From: DHVE2 group archaeon
GTDB lineage: Archaea > Thermoplasmatota > Thermoplasmata > Thermoplasmatales > Aciduliprofundaceae
Length of the DNA stretch: 64,000 nt
NCBI GenBank assembly: GCA_027023265.1
Contig: JALVVV010000055.1
Coordinates: forward strand, 19,907 to 83,906
Direction: 5' to 3'
Position 1 is the first letter of the stretch. Each line of letters opens with the position of its first letter. The notes beneath the pieces were generated by a model. The model was not told where the DNA came from, searched no databases, and was given only the letters and a program-made list of their open reading frames with translations. Of this stretch, positions 39,099-50,065 are shown piece after piece. The position numbers were made by a program, and so were the translations under genes.

Positions 39099-42000
39099 TT
39101 ATTTATTAAACGTACTGTTTCCATTGCTTTGATTATCAAATTTGCCGAGCAATTTAGTGATTTTACTGACGTAGTACTCGAATCCCAGTTCTTTAAATAT
39201 GGTTTTGGCAGATTTTAAAAGATTTATGCCCTCTTCTATTGAGGAATCCAGTTTTATTAGTCCCATGTCCATCAGGGAAAGGGCATAGTTTCTCCTTATA
39301 TCTGTTTTCTCAGATAATTTTATTGCCTCTTTTATGTATTTCTCTCCGTTTTCAACATCCCCTGTTAATCCCATGACCTTTCCAATGAGTCGCAGTGGAT
39401 TTATTTTCATTATTTTGGATTTTTCCTCTTCTGCTATTTCCAAGGCGGCTTTTGCATGTGCCATCGCTTCATTGTAATTTTTCGTTTCTACCATGATCTC
39501 TGCCATGGTGATGTGGCTCTCATACAGACACTCTTTACAGTTTATATCACTGAGGATTTTTAAGCTTTCGTTAATATCCTCCACTGCTTCTTTCTCGTTT
39601 CCAGATGCAAACATGAGGGTAGCGATATCTCTTTTTGTCTCGCCTATCCCAATATCTGAATTTATGGATTCATATAATTCCATGGCTTTCATGTAAAATT
39701 CGTATGCATCGTCAAATTTACCCCTGAAATAGTGAATGTTGCCAATATACCTGTAGAGATCCGCTATGCTTTCTTTATCGTCCTGCTCTTTAGCAATATT
39801 CAAGGCTTTTTTAAAGTAATCCATTGCTTCGTTTAACATTCCCCATGTTGCATATATCACACCTATGTTCATATATGCAAGCATAGTGGAGAACCAGTCA
39901 TTAATCATCTCGCTTATTGATAAGCTCATTAGATAGTACTCCACTGCCTTGTGCAGGTTCTCTCTCTTTGCGTATATGTTTCCTATATTTGTAAGCACTA
40001 TGGGCCTGCTACTGTACACATACCCTATTTTGTCAAGTATTTTAAGTGCGTTTTTGTAATTTTCCAGCGCATCATCTAACTTTCCCATCGCATCGCAGGT
40101 TGCTCCCAGATTGTTATAATCAGTGGCAAGACCGTATAGGTCATTTATTTTCTCTCTTATCTTCATGGCCTTCATAAAATACTTATATGCGCTTTCAAAA
40201 TCCATCATATGCTCGTATATCGTTCCTAACACGTGATACGCATCTGCCTCTTCTTTGGTGAAGCCTTTTGATATCGCTATATCTGCTCCTTTTTTTGCAT
40301 ATTTTATTGCGTCATTTAGCTTGCTTCGCCGGATATACATCCATGCAATATCCAGATATATCTTTGCAGCTATGGAATTTTCATCACTTAGCATTGATAA
40401 AGCATTATAATACATGTCCTTTGCCTCGTCCCATTTTCCCATGCTGTCCATAGTTCTACCCATTCTTTCAAGGTACTCTGCGGCGTTATTTTTATTGCCC
40501 GTTGCTCTTGCTATTTTTAGTGCATTTTCAAGGTCACTTATACTTTTAGCGTACTCCCCCATGATTCTGTGCAATTCCCCTAATTCTGAATAAAGAAATT
40601 CCAGCTTCTCATCGTCTATGTTAAGTTCCTTTGCTTCCATGTATATTTCCAACGCGTCTTCATATGCGTAGATGTCCTTGGCACGTGCTGCGCCATTTAT
40701 GAAATACTCGTATGCTTTTTCTGGCACCTCACCCAGCTTGTAATGCCTGGCAATGTTTACCAGATACTTCTCATCATGTCCTTTTTCTTTCTCCATTACT
40801 TTTGCAATTTTTCGGTGAAGTAATTTTCTCTTTATTATTGACATTTCAGCGTATATTTCCTCTCTGACTATTCTTTCTTTAAATATATAGAAACCCGTAT
40901 CGGGGTCTTCCTCCCAAATGCCGACGGAGCTTATCCTTTCAAGCGCATCTATTAAATCAATCTCGTCTATTCCTACGGCTTTACCGAGTATTTCCGGGTC
41001 GATTCTGTATCCATATACAGTACCCACTTCCAGAACTCTTTTTTCAAGGGGTGTTAACATATCATATTTTCTGCTAACTATTGATTTTACAAGCTCTGGA
41101 ATACTTATACCGCCTCCCAAATTCTCATCGATGGATTCCATCATGTTCAGAGCCAATTCTCTAACAAAGAGAGGGTTGCCGCCACTGTATTCGTAAATCA
41201 TCTTTTTTACTTTTTCGTCAACGTTTCTTCCCGCAATTTTGTCTATCATTTCACTAACATCTTTGTATTTAAGTTCTCTCAGTTTTATCTCCTTATACAG
41301 TTTTTCTCTCATCATTTTGGATAGTACATCTCGAAGCGTATCGGTGATTTCCTCTCTTCTGAATGTGCATACAAATAGAATTCTCCTATCTTTTAGATTT
41401 CGTATTAGATAATGAAGAAGTTTAAGTGATGAGGAATCCATCCATTGAATATCGTCAAAAAAGATGAAAAGCTTGTTATTTTCCGTAAGTTGCTTTATTT
41501 TTTCCGTAAATTGATAAAACATTGCATTTCTCTGGTACTCTATATTCTCATTTTCACCGTGTTTTTGGGTATTTTTCAATACAGTACCTATCTCATCTCC
41601 GAATGCTTCTACAATGGGTAGATACGGAACTGTGGAATCATAATACGCCTTTGAATATAGAAATTTAAAGCCCCGTGACAGTGCATAGTTTTTAGCTTTC
41701 ATTACAAGGGTGGTTTTACCAATTCCAACTTCCCCAGATATCACCAGTGCATTTCCTTCTTTCTCAGAGGCTTCAATCATCTCAATAATTTCTTTCAGTT
41801 CTTTTTCTCTTCCCACAAAAACATCATCTTCTTCAATTCCGAGAGAATCAAAGAGAGATATTGCTGTAGAGGAAAATATCCTGTCACTATATTTAACGTA
41901 AACTTTTCTACCATTTGGAACTACGATATCTATCAGGTTCTTAAGGAACTCTACAAACGACTTTTCAGAAGCCATTTCTATCATGTACTCTGTGCATTCT

Positions 42001-42611
42001 ATATAGACATCTTTTTCTTTTATATCTTTTAACATTTCCAAACCAATTTCAAGAAAACGTTCCACCGAGCCGAACTCTCCGACGTACACTCCGTTTACAC
42101 CCTTATTAGATGTTATAATTACTGCAGTATTCCCTGAATATTCTTTTACCATAATCACTTTCGGATTCTCCATCTTTGTGTGTTTCTCATATGTGAAATC
42201 CGAAATAGAGCTCCAGCTTTTGGGATTTCCATTAACTCCCAAAACCAAGGTTAGGTTTTTATTTAGCGATTTGACTCTTTTTATCCAGTCAATTACGCGC
42301 TCCTTGCCATTAATTATGCTCAAATAATCTATTCCGTCCACCATAATACATTTTCCACCGGAGTTAACGTATTCTTCGACGATTTCCATCATCTCAAAAT
42401 CAAGACGTTCTGGATACACGGTGCCTTTTTTCCCATTACGGGTTATCCATACTACCTTTTTCACTCCGTATCTTTCTTTCAAAACTACATTGGGTTTTAT
42501 GCTCAAAATGAGGGAATCTGGGCACTGATTTAAAGCTAAATACGCAGAATGCACATTGGCTATAACATTAATCTTACCTTTTACAAGAGGTATCATACAG
42601 CTATCCATCAT
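39099..42611 (-). CDS. Multidomain protein: DUF835-like N-terminal domains + STAND-type NTPase + TPR array
   Basis: VVWIT..VYPERL..IMVDGIDYL..ING (DUF835-like); FVGREKEL, SGEVGIGKT, FFDDIQWMD, GGNPLFVREL; many ~40-aa TPRs. Confidence 0.87.
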   Translation of the reverse strand: MMDSCMIPLVKGKINVIANVHSAYLALNQCPDSLILSIKPNVVLKERYGVKKVVWITRNGKKGTVYPERLDFEMMEIVEEYVNSGGKCIMVDGIDYLSIINGKERVIDWIKRVKSLNKNLTLVLGVNGNPKSWSSISDFTYEKHTKMENPKVIMVKEYSGNTAVIITSNKGVNGVYVGEFGSVERFLEIGLEMLKDIKEKDVYIECTEYMIEMASEKSFVEFLKNLIDIVVPNGRKVYVKYSDRIFSSTAISLFDSLGIEEDDVFVGREKELKEIIEMIEASEKEGNALVISGEVGIGKTTLVMKAKNYALSRGFKFLYSKAYYDSTVPYLPIVEAFGDEIGTVLKNTQKHGENENIEYQRNAMFYQFTEKIKQLTENNKLFIFFDDIQWMDSSSLKLLHYLIRNLKDRRILFVCTFRREEITDTLRDVLSKMMREKLYKEIKLRELKYKDVSEMIDKIAGRNVDEKVKKMIYEYSGGNPLFVRELALNMMESIDENLGGGISIPELVKSIVSRKYDMLTPLEKRVLEVGTVYGYRIDPEILGKAVGIDEIDLIDALERISSVGIWEEDPDTGFYIFKERIVREEIYAEMSIIKRKLLHRKIAKVMEKEKGHDEKYLVNIARHYKLGEVPEKAYEYFINGAARAKDIYAYEDALEIYMEAKELNIDDEKLEFLYSELGELHRIMGEYAKSISDLENALKIARATGNKNNAAEYLERMGRTMDSMGKWDEAKDMYYNALSMLSDENSIAAKIYLDIAWMYIRRSKLNDAIKYAKKGADIAISKGFTKEEADAYHVLGTIYEHMMDFESAYKYFMKAMKIREKINDLYGLATDYNNLGATCDAMGKLDDALENYKNALKILDKIGYVYSSRPIVLTNIGNIYAKRENLHKAVEYYLMSLSISEMINDWFSTMLAYMNIGVIYATWGMLNEAMDYFKKALNIAKEQDDKESIADLYRYIGNIHYFRGKFDDAYEFYMKAMELYESINSDIGIGETKRDIATLMFASGNEKEAVEDINESLKILSDINCKECLYESHITMAEIMVETKNYNEAMAHAKAALEIAEEEKSKIMKINPLRLIGKVMGLTGDVENGEKYIKEAIKLSEKTDIRRNYALSLMDMGLIKLDSSIEEGINLLKSAKTIFKELGFEYYVSKITKLLGKFDNQSNGNSTFNK

Positions 42612-42658
42612 TTCCACATTGTTTCAAAAATAATAAACTTTCTCAAAAAGAAGATAGA

Positions 42659-44863
42659 TTAGAGGCCTGCGTAATATGCCTCGTCATAGGGTTCTGGTTT
42701 CAAACCCTTTCTTTCGCGGATCTTGCGAACTATCTGCGGCTGCAGGTCCCTCGGCACGCGCTCGTATCCGGAGTTCTCAGTGCTCCAGAGGACTCTTCCA
42801 CCCGTGGCGCTTCTGATTGCGGAAGCGAAGCCGAACATCTCTGCCACCGGCGCCTTCGCGTGGATTATCGTCTGGTAGTCTTCCTGCTCCATGTCCTCTA
42901 TGATACCTCTTCTCTGCTGCAACTCCCTTGTTACTGCACCCACAAGCTCCGTGGGCACATTGACGTATACCTTTTGCATGGGCTCCAGGAGAACGCGGGT
43001 TGCCTGACACATCGCACCGTATATTGCATTGCGCACGGCAGGTATTACCTGCGCAGGACCGCGATGGATACTGTCTTCGTGGAGCTTTGCATCCACCAGC
43101 CTTACCTTTACTCCATATAGCTTCTCATTTGCCAGAGGTCCCTTTTCCACAGCTTCAAAGAATGCCTGTTTTACCAATTCCATGGTCTCATTCAAATACT
43201 GGACACCCCAGGTCATGTCCAAGAGTATGTTCGGGCCGCGGATTGCTTCAATTTTCTTAGCTTCATCTCTTGATAATCCAGCCTCTTCCAGCTTCTTGGT
43301 TATTGCTTTCCTATCCTTTATCCTATCCATTTCGGGAATTTCTCCGCTTTCAATTGCCTCTACAACTCCTTTTTCCAGGGGCTCAACTTCAATGTAGAAC
43401 TTGTTGTGCTTGTTCGGTGACTTACCTTCAAATGGCCCCGCCTTGTGGTCCACAGTTTCTCTATAAACCACGATTGGGGGAGAGGTTATCACTTCAACCT
43501 TGTACTCGTTAACTATGCGATAAACGGTGACCTCTAAATGCAATTCTCCCATTCCGCTAAGGAGGTGCTCACCCGTTTCCTGGTTTATTTCTACTCTCAG
43601 GCTCGGATCCGCTTTGGATACCGTGCGCAAAACTTCTATTAAACGAGGCAAGTCCTTGGTGTGCTTTGCTTCAATTGCCACGGTGACCACCGGTTCGCTG
43701 TAGTGTTTCATCGGTTCAAATGGCTCTATGTCCGGCTCGGTGGATACGGTTGAACCCGCAATCGCATCTTTAAGGCCGATAATGGCAGGGATATTTCCTG
43801 CATCCAGCTCGTCAACGGGTATTCTATCAGGCCCCACCATCATCGAAAGTTGCTGAATCCTGTACTTTTTCTTGCCTGCACCTATTATGTAGAGTTCTTG
43901 TCCTTTTCTGAGTGTGCCGCTGAAAAGACGGCCCACAGCAACCTCGCCAGCGTGCGGGTCCATGACTATTTTGGTTACCATCATTGCCACAGGTCCCTTC
44001 GGGTCACAGGTGAGCATAGCCTTCCCTATGGGACTCTCTAAGTCCCCATGCCATATTTTTGGAATTCTATATTTTTGAGCCTCCTTGGGGTTTGGCAGGT
44101 GCTTGACCACCATATCAAGAACGACCTGATGAAGGGGTGCCTTCTTTGCAAGTTCCTTTTGCTTATCTTGCTGAAGGTGCTCGAACACGTCTTTGAAGGA
44201 TATCCCAGATTTCTTCATGAACGGTACGCTTATTGCCCAGTTGTGATAAGCTGAGCCGAAAGCCACGCTGCCATCCTCCACGCGAACCATCCACTTGTCC
44301 CTGTATTCTTCTTCCGCGTATCTCCTTATCAACTTGTTAATTTCCTTAATTATCTTCTCAAATCGAGCCATCATTTGCTGACCGTCTAACTTGAGCTCGT
44401 TGATGAGACGGTCAACTTTGTTTATGAAAAGCACAGGCTTTACCCTCTCCCTGAGCGCCTGGCGAACTACAGTCTCGGTCTGAGGCATGATTCCTTCCAC
44501 GGCACAAACCACTACCACTGCACCATCAACAGCCCTCATGGCTCGAGTCACATCACCTCCGAAATCGACGTGGCCGGGAGTATCCAGTAGATTAATCAAA
44601 TACTCATTTCCCTCGTACTCGTGAACCATGCTGGCAGATGCAGTGTTAATTGTTATGCCGCGAGCCTGCTCCTGCTCATCGTAATCCAGAACCAGCTGCT
44701 TGCCGGCAAGTTCTTCTGACATCATACCCGCGCCAGCTATCAGATTATCGCTGAGCGTGGTCTTTCCGTGATCTATGTGAGCAGCAATACCTATGTTTCT
44801 TATGTGCTCAACGTCACCCATTATTTTCATTGCTTTTTTGATATTATCCTCTTTCCTTCCCAT
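42659..44863 (-). CDS. fusA: Elongation factor EF-2
   Basis: [22 protein letters not shown], diphthamide loop [12 protein letters not shown]. Confidence 0.99.
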   Translation of the reverse strand: MGRKEDNIKKAMKIMGDVEHIRNIGIAAHIDHGKTTLSDNLIAGAGMMSEELAGKQLVLDYDEQEQARGITINTASASMVHEYEGNEYLINLLDTPGHVDFGGDVTRAMRAVDGAVVVVCAVEGIMPQTETVVRQALRERVKPVLFINKVDRLINELKLDGQQMMARFEKIIKEINKLIRRYAEEEYRDKWMVRVEDGSVAFGSAYHNWAISVPFMKKSGISFKDVFEHLQQDKQKELAKKAPLHQVVLDMVVKHLPNPKEAQKYRIPKIWHGDLESPIGKAMLTCDPKGPVAMMVTKIVMDPHAGEVAVGRLFSGTLRKGQELYIIGAGKKKYRIQQLSMMVGPDRIPVDELDAGNIPAIIGLKDAIAGSTVSTEPDIEPFEPMKHYSEPVVTVAIEAKHTKDLPRLIEVLRTVSKADPSLRVEINQETGEHLLSGMGELHLEVTVYRIVNEYKVEVITSPPIVVYRETVDHKAGPFEGKSPNKHNKFYIEVEPLEKGVVEAIESGEIPEMDRIKDRKAITKKLEEAGLSRDEAKKIEAIRGPNILLDMTWGVQYLNETMELVKQAFFEAVEKGPLANEKLYGVKVRLVDAKLHEDSIHRGPAQVIPAVRNAIYGAMCQATRVLLEPMQKVYVNVPTELVGAVTRELQQRRGIIEDMEQEDYQTIIHAKAPVAEMFGFASAIRSATGGRVLWSTENSGYERVPRDLQPQIVRKIRERKGLKPEPYDEAYYAGL

Positions 44864-44873
44864 CTAAATCACC

Positions 44874-45440
44874 TTATCTTGCAGATGCCGCCACGCGCTC
44901 AATCTCTTCTTTCTTGGAGACTGCGTAGCTCGAAACGTCATTTTTCGAGGCCTTGATAATCTCGTCGGCAAGGCACTCTGCGGCGGATTTTGTATTTCGG
45001 AACGTGGAATTTACTGCTCCAAGCGCAATGTTGCGGAGAGCAATGTCCACCCTTCTTGATGGGGCCACGTCCACCGCCTTTGGCACGGCTATACCTGCCA
45101 TCTTCAACCTCGTAACTTCTTCTCGGGGTGCTGCGTTTATTATGGCATTAACCAGTACCTGCACCGGATTCTGCTTTGTTCTTTTTTCTATTATTTCAAA
45201 TGCGCCTTTTACAACGCCGTAAGCACTCATCTTTTTCCCAGTATATTTCTCCGTACGCATCATGTGGTTTATGAGCCTCTCAACTATGTTTACCTTGGAT
45301 TTCCCCAGGTGCCTCAGAACATGCCTCCCGTGGGTATGAAGCACCATTCTGGGCTCAAGGTTAATGTACCTTACCAGCCCAGGGTCTTTGACAACTACAT
45401 CATCCGTGGAGTATTTTCCAAATATAAGAAAGTCCACCAT
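44874..45440 (-). CDS. rps7: 30S ribosomal protein S7 (uS7)
   Basis: [43 protein letters not shown]. Confidence 0.98.
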   Translation of the reverse strand: MVDFLIFGKYSTDDVVVKDPGLVRYINLEPRMVLHTHGRHVLRHLGKSKVNIVERLINHMMRTEKYTGKKMSAYGVVKGAFEIIEKRTKQNPVQVLVNAIINAAPREEVTRLKMAGIAVPKAVDVAPSRRVDIALRNIALGAVNSTFRNTKSAAECLADEIIKASKNDVSSYAVSKKEEIERVAASAR

Positions 45441-45444
45441 ACAA

Positions 45445-45873
45445 TCACCTCACAGGTTTCTCCTTTCTACCGCGAACAAGTTCGTTCAGGGATATCCCGT
45501 TTACTTTTATAACTTTATAACGCACTCCGGGGATATCTCCTTTGGAGCGCCCCAGCCTTCCGCCTATTCCTTCAATAACAACCTCATCGTGCTCATCTAT
45601 GAAATTTATGGCACCGTTGCCAGGTGCAAAAGCAGTTACAACCCTTCCGTTCTTTATGAGCTGCACCTTCACGCACTTTCTTATGGCGGAGTTGGGCTGC
45701 TTTGCCTCAATACCTACTTTTTCAATAACTATGCCGCGAGCCTGAGGCGAGCCCTCCAGCGGGTCGCTCTTTTCTTTCAAATGAAGAACTCTCCTCTTGT
45801 GATACTTATCACTCCACCTGAGCTTTTGCCTATCTTCACGCAGTTTTCTTGCATTGTAAAGTCCATTTCCCAT
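45445..45873 (-). CDS. rps12: 30S ribosomal protein S12 (uS12)
   Basis: [22 protein letters not shown]. Confidence 0.98.
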   Translation of the reverse strand: MGNGLYNARKLREDRQKLRWSDKYHKRRVLHLKEKSDPLEGSPQARGIVIEKVGIEAKQPNSAIRKCVKVQLIKNGRVVTAFAPGNGAINFIDEHDEVVIEGIGGRLGRSKGDIPGVRYKVIKVNGISLNELVRGRKEKPVR

Positions 45874-45948
45874 GGGAATCACCCTTTTGAAGCACCTAAA
45901 TAACCATGCATATAAAAATTTTATTACGTTTGAGCGCATTATTCCTCT

Positions 45949-46620
45949 ATGAAGGCAATAGCCCTGTTCTCGGGTGGAAAGGATTCCACTTATTCAATTT
46001 ACCTGGCAATGCAGCAGGGATTTGAGATAACCAGACTTGTGACAATCTATCCGAAAAACAGAGAATCTTACATGTATCACATACCCCAGATTGAAAGGAC
46101 GGAGTATCAGGCAGTTGCCATGGGTATCCCGAGGGATGTGTATAGAATTGACGATGATATGAACTCTCTAAAAAAAGTACTGGAAATGTATGATACTCAG
46201 GCGGTGGTTAGCGGAGCAATAGCTTCCAATTACCAGAAAACTAAAATTGAAGAAGTGTGCACCGATTTGGGTTTTTTATCGTACGCACCACTGTGGTACA
46301 AGAACCAGGAACAGATATTGTGGGATATGCTATCTGCAGGGTTGAAGATAATGATAGTGGGAGTGTATGCTTACGGGCTTGACTCCGAGTACCTTGGAAG
46401 AATAATCGATTCTACCCTAATTAAACGTTTAAAATTGGTTGAAGCAAAATACAAAATTAATTTGGCAGGTGAAGGTGGTGAATACGAGACATTCGTAATA
46501 GATGCTCCGTTTTTCCGTAAGAAAATAGTGGTGGAGGATACGGAGAAGACATGGGATGGGCTCCGGGGGGAATTGAAAATAGGAAAAATGAAGCTTGAGG
46601 ATAAGCCGAGAGATAGGTAA
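45949..46620 (+). CDS. dph6: Diphthine-ammonia ligase (Dph6-like PP-loop ATPase)
   Basis: [31 protein letters not shown]. Confidence 0.88.
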   Translation: MKAIALFSGGKDSTYSIYLAMQQGFEITRLVTIYPKNRESYMYHIPQIERTEYQAVAMGIPRDVYRIDDDMNSLKKVLEMYDTQAVVSGAIASNYQKTKIEEVCTDLGFLSYAPLWYKNQEQILWDMLSAGLKIMIVGVYAYGLDSEYLGRIIDSTLIKRLKLVEAKYKINLAGEGGEYETFVIDAPFFRKKIVVEDTEKTWDGLRGELKIGKMKLEDKPRDR

Positions 46621-46652
46621 AGGTGAAATATTAGAGAAGATTATACCGATGC

Positions 46653-47603
46653 ATGGAGCTGGGGAATAAATACGTTAAGGATTTGAGGGATGGCGATTAT
46701 GCTCATTTGCAATTGGTAGTGCGGAGAAAATATGGAATTAGAGATTACAATAACAAGTTCGGTAAGTTTTTCGTTCTGGAGGCGGGGGACAAAACGGGTA
46801 ACTTGATTGTGAAGTACTGGGGTAGAGATGTGGAAAACACTGAAAAACTATACAATTCCATAAAAGAGGGCGATGTTATCGAGGTTGCCGGAACTTACAA
46901 GAAAGACAGAACACCTCAAATTTCCGTAGATGGCGAATACGACAAGTTTGTCAGGGTGACTAATTACGATGTGAGCAGGTTCATAAATTCAGCGGATAAT
47001 ATAGATGACGCGATGAATGAGGTTATGGAGTATGTTGAATCTGTGGAAGAGGAGCACCTCAAGAAGCTCCTTGAACTTTTTTTCAAATCAGATAGATTTG
47101 TTGAAGAGTTTAAGATTGCTCCAGGGTATCCTGCGGGGGCATACGCTTACATAGGTGGCCTGGTTGACCACACCTTAAACGTTACAAAAACTTGTGAGCG
47201 TCTTGCAGAGGTATATGGGCTTGATAGAGATTTTCTCGTAACTTCGGGTTTGCTCCACGATGTTGGAAAGGTGAAGAGCTACGAGGTGGATACGAGCATA
47301 AAGGTCAGGTCACGGGCAAAGCTTCTTGGACACACAGTGATGTCTTATCAGATGGTAGAGGAAAAGATAAGGGAAATAGTGGATTTTCCAGAGGATGTGC
47401 GGGATAACCTGCTTCATGCAATACTTTCCCATCATTCACCCATTGTGGACAATGTACCGCAGAGAATAAAAACACGGGAGGCATACATATTATTCTATGC
47501 GGATATGCTGGATTTGTCATTGGTGGAATTCGAACAGGAAGGTGATGAGGAATGGATGTACTCGCGGAGGCTGGGAAGGGAGATATACACGGGCTCGATG
47601 TAA
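46653..47603 (+). CDS. OB-fold + HD domain protein (YhaM/Cbf1-like 3'-5' nuclease)
   Basis: DKTG..W OB fold; GGL.DHT, LLHDVGK, LLGH, HAILSHH, EA.IL..AD. Confidence 0.85.
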   Translation: MELGNKYVKDLRDGDYAHLQLVVRRKYGIRDYNNKFGKFFVLEAGDKTGNLIVKYWGRDVENTEKLYNSIKEGDVIEVAGTYKKDRTPQISVDGEYDKFVRVTNYDVSRFINSADNIDDAMNEVMEYVESVEEEHLKKLLELFFKSDRFVEEFKIAPGYPAGAYAYIGGLVDHTLNVTKTCERLAEVYGLDRDFLVTSGLLHDVGKVKSYEVDTSIKVRSRAKLLGHTVMSYQMVEEKIREIVDFPEDVRDNLLHAILSHHSPIVDNVPQRIKTREAYILFYADMLDLSLVEFEQEGDEEWMYSRRLGREIYTGSM

Positions 47604-47812
47604 GCATAACTTTGGAATACGAAACCGAGGACATGGCTATGGGCGTCTTTGAAAGCATAAAAGTGGATAATTACGAATACGTAAAATGCAGTAGAGATGG
47701 AAAAATAATAAAGTGTCATGTGGTTGGGAAAAGCATAGGTTCCATTCTCCACACAATAGATGATTTTCTTGCTTGTGTAATCACCGCCGAAAATGTGTAT
47801 CTAAATATCTGA
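47552..47812 (+). CDS. KEOPS complex subunit Pcc1-like
   Basis: ESIKVDN..SI.SI..TIDDFL.C; size about 80 aa; start uncertain (overlaps upstream gene). Confidence 0.7.
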   Translation: MDVLAEAGKGDIHGLDVSITLEYETEDMAMGVFESIKVDNYEYVKCSRDGKIIKCHVVGKSIGSILHTIDDFLACVITAENVYLNI

Positions 47813-48539
47813 TTTTTTTGCGAATGTACCTGAAAGCAAGACCGCCATATATTATTGCGATTACCAGCGGTACAAGATAAACCAGTGTGCTATGGAATCC
47901 CGCAAGAAATATAGGTATGGATGCTATTATGTTGAAAGATGAGTGCATGGCCACCGCCACGCCGTATCCGTGGAGCATACTTCCTTTTCCTCTAATCTTC
48001 TTGGACGAGTACCCGTATCCTGTCATTGCAGTGGCGCTACCGTGCAATAATGCCGAAGCGATGGAGCGTATTAATGCTATGGTTGCCCAGGAAATAATGC
48101 CTCCCGATAGAAGGGCTGAGATTTCGTATAACAGGTTTTCCGTTGCAGCAAATCCAAATCCAGATGATGAGCCGTATATTATGCCGTCTTCCACCTCGTC
48201 GATGTATCCTTTGGAAGTGAGCACTCCGTATGCCTTGGCGCCTTCCTCTACAAAAGGTGCGATTATCCCCGCGAGCATTATTGCGTCAATGCTTTCCTTG
48301 TGCTTTGCTATGAATTCATATCCTCTGAATAGCTCAAATGTGTTTGTGTAGAAAAATGTTAGTAGAATTTCTACAACCAGAGAAATCAGGATTGCAAATG
48401 TGGCACCCCAGAGAAAAGAGCGCATAACCGCTCGCCATGGCTCTCTCTTGTACTTTTCCGTATTCCGAACCCATATCACATAGATGAGTGATGGTAGAAA
48501 TGCCACAGTTATGACAATTGCTAACAAAAGGAGTTTCAT
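47781..48539 (-). CDS. PrsW-family intramembrane protease
   Basis: REP, APFVEE.AK, DGIIYG..GFGFAATEN, H, HSSFN. Confidence 0.92.
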   Translation of the reverse strand: MKLLLLAIVITVAFLPSLIYVIWVRNTEKYKREPWRAVMRSFLWGATFAILISLVVEILLTFFYTNTFELFRGYEFIAKHKESIDAIMLAGIIAPFVEEGAKAYGVLTSKGYIDEVEDGIIYGSSSGFGFAATENLLYEISALLSGGIISWATIALIRSIASALLHGSATAMTGYGYSSKKIRGKGSMLHGYGVAVAMHSSFNIIASIPIFLAGFHSTLVYLVPLVIAIIYGGLAFRYIRKKIRYLDTHFRR

Positions 48540-48625
48540 GTGCGTAAATTACTTTTGATATATATAATCATCTCCTCAATTGATGAGGCAGGTAATTTTA
48601 TAGCTGTTGTTTACATGCCAAGACT

Positions 48626-49414
48626 ATGTTAATGTTGGCCGCGGTGGTGCCGCATGGGGATGAGATAGTGGAGCCAAAAACAGAAGAGATGAAAAAGCTG
48701 AACATAAAAATGAGAGAATTGGGAAAGAGATGTGAAGCTTGCGATTTGTACATTATAATTTCCCCCCACAATCTAAGGGTTGATACACATATGGCAGTGA
48801 TTCTTACGGAGTATTTAAGTGGAGTGTGGACGTGCGGAAACACGAAAATAGAGAAAGAACTCAGGTCTGACAGGGACTTGGCTAAAAAAATATATGGTAT
48901 TGCCATGGATAATTCTTTACCCGTGATTGGAGTGAATTTTGGTGCACTTGAAGGAAAATATTCTTGCATGCCGCTTGATTGGGGAACGTTGATACCCCTT
49001 CATTTTCTCCCGGATCGAAAAACGGTTCTGATAACTCCTGCAAGAAATGTGAAAAGGGAGGAACTGGTGAAATTTGGAGAATTGCTGGGTGATATTATTC
49101 AGAAAGACCGGAGAAAAATATGCTTGCTTGTGAGCGCGGACCAGGCCCATGCACATGCTTTGGATGGTCCATACGGATTTAGCGATGCTGCAGAGAAATA
49201 CGATGAAGTGATTGTGGATATTCTAAGAACTTCAGATTTTGAAAAGCTGCTTGACATCCCAGATGAATTGGTGGAGAATGCTTTGCCAGATAGCTACTGG
49301 CAACTGCTCATTCTCTTAGGGGTTACTAAAAAGGTGAGGGTGAAGTCGGAATTTGTGGAGTACGGGGTGGCCCACTACTTTGGAATGGCAGTATCTATTT
49401 TATCGCCGGTATGA
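48626..49414 (+). CDS. LigB/MEMO-like extradiol dioxygenase fold protein
   Basis: PHG, SPH, LDWGTLIPL, SADQAH.H..GPYG. Confidence 0.8.
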   Translation: MLMLAAVVPHGDEIVEPKTEEMKKLNIKMRELGKRCEACDLYIIISPHNLRVDTHMAVILTEYLSGVWTCGNTKIEKELRSDRDLAKKIYGIAMDNSLPVIGVNFGALEGKYSCMPLDWGTLIPLHFLPDRKTVLITPARNVKREELVKFGELLGDIIQKDRRKICLLVSADQAHAHALDGPYGFSDAAEKYDEVIVDILRTSDFEKLLDIPDELVENALPDSYWQLLILLGVTKKVRVKSEFVEYGVAHYFGMAVSILSPV

Positions 49415-49597
49415 GCTATCAATGCAGGGTAATCATAGCAAATCAAAATTTTGTGTGTTGTCATTTTTTATTCTATTATGGCGTTTTGATGTTTGTACAT
49501 ATTGCTTTTGTTATTTATGAAAAATTGGATTTGTTAAGGGGATAATTTTTATTTTTAAATAGCTTCAAAATCTATGGTGACTCCAGGTGAGTTGCAA

Positions 49598-49765
49598 CTC
49601 TGCAGAAAAATAAAATGGAGTAGATTAATAAAGTATGAGCACGGAATTAGATATATACAAAATTGTAAAGATAGGGCTCAAAGCAATGAAGAGAGCTAAA
49701 ATTCCACTTTACTGGAGCAAATATTCAAGAAAAGATTACACGATACATCAGTATCTCATGCTAAC
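49598..49765 (+). mobile_element. Truncated IS5-like element: putative left end plus transposase N-terminus
   Basis: IPLYWSKYSRKDYTIHQYL resembles archaeal IS5-group transposase N-termini; CTCTGCAGAAAA possible terminal repeat; no DDE core. Confidence 0.6.
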
Positions 49766-50029
49766 GTGCTGGTGCAGTATGTTGGATGCACAAGCAGTTA
49801 TGCATGGGTGTCATCAAAGACTTTGCTGAGAATAAACTGTGACCTGAGTGGATGGGCTGGAAATGTGATTTTGATAAGATTTAGAGTTGTTACCAACGCA
49901 ACTTCCACGGAGACATGGGACCCAAGCCATCCTAACGATCCTCATGGCATATACTTGGATGATGTATATGTATCTGGTGAAAGCTATGCTAAAAGAATTG
50001 AAGAGCACTACCTATGGATGACAACTTAG
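49766..50029 (+). pseudogene. Fragment of a secreted/surface protein beta-sandwich domain
   Basis: DLSGWAGNVILIRFRVVTN..GIYLDDVYV resembles immune inhibitor A / cleaved-adhesin-like domains; no convincing start or signal peptide. Confidence 0.55.
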
Positions 50030-50065
50030 GTAAATATTTATTTTTCTTTAATCTTTTACGGACTT

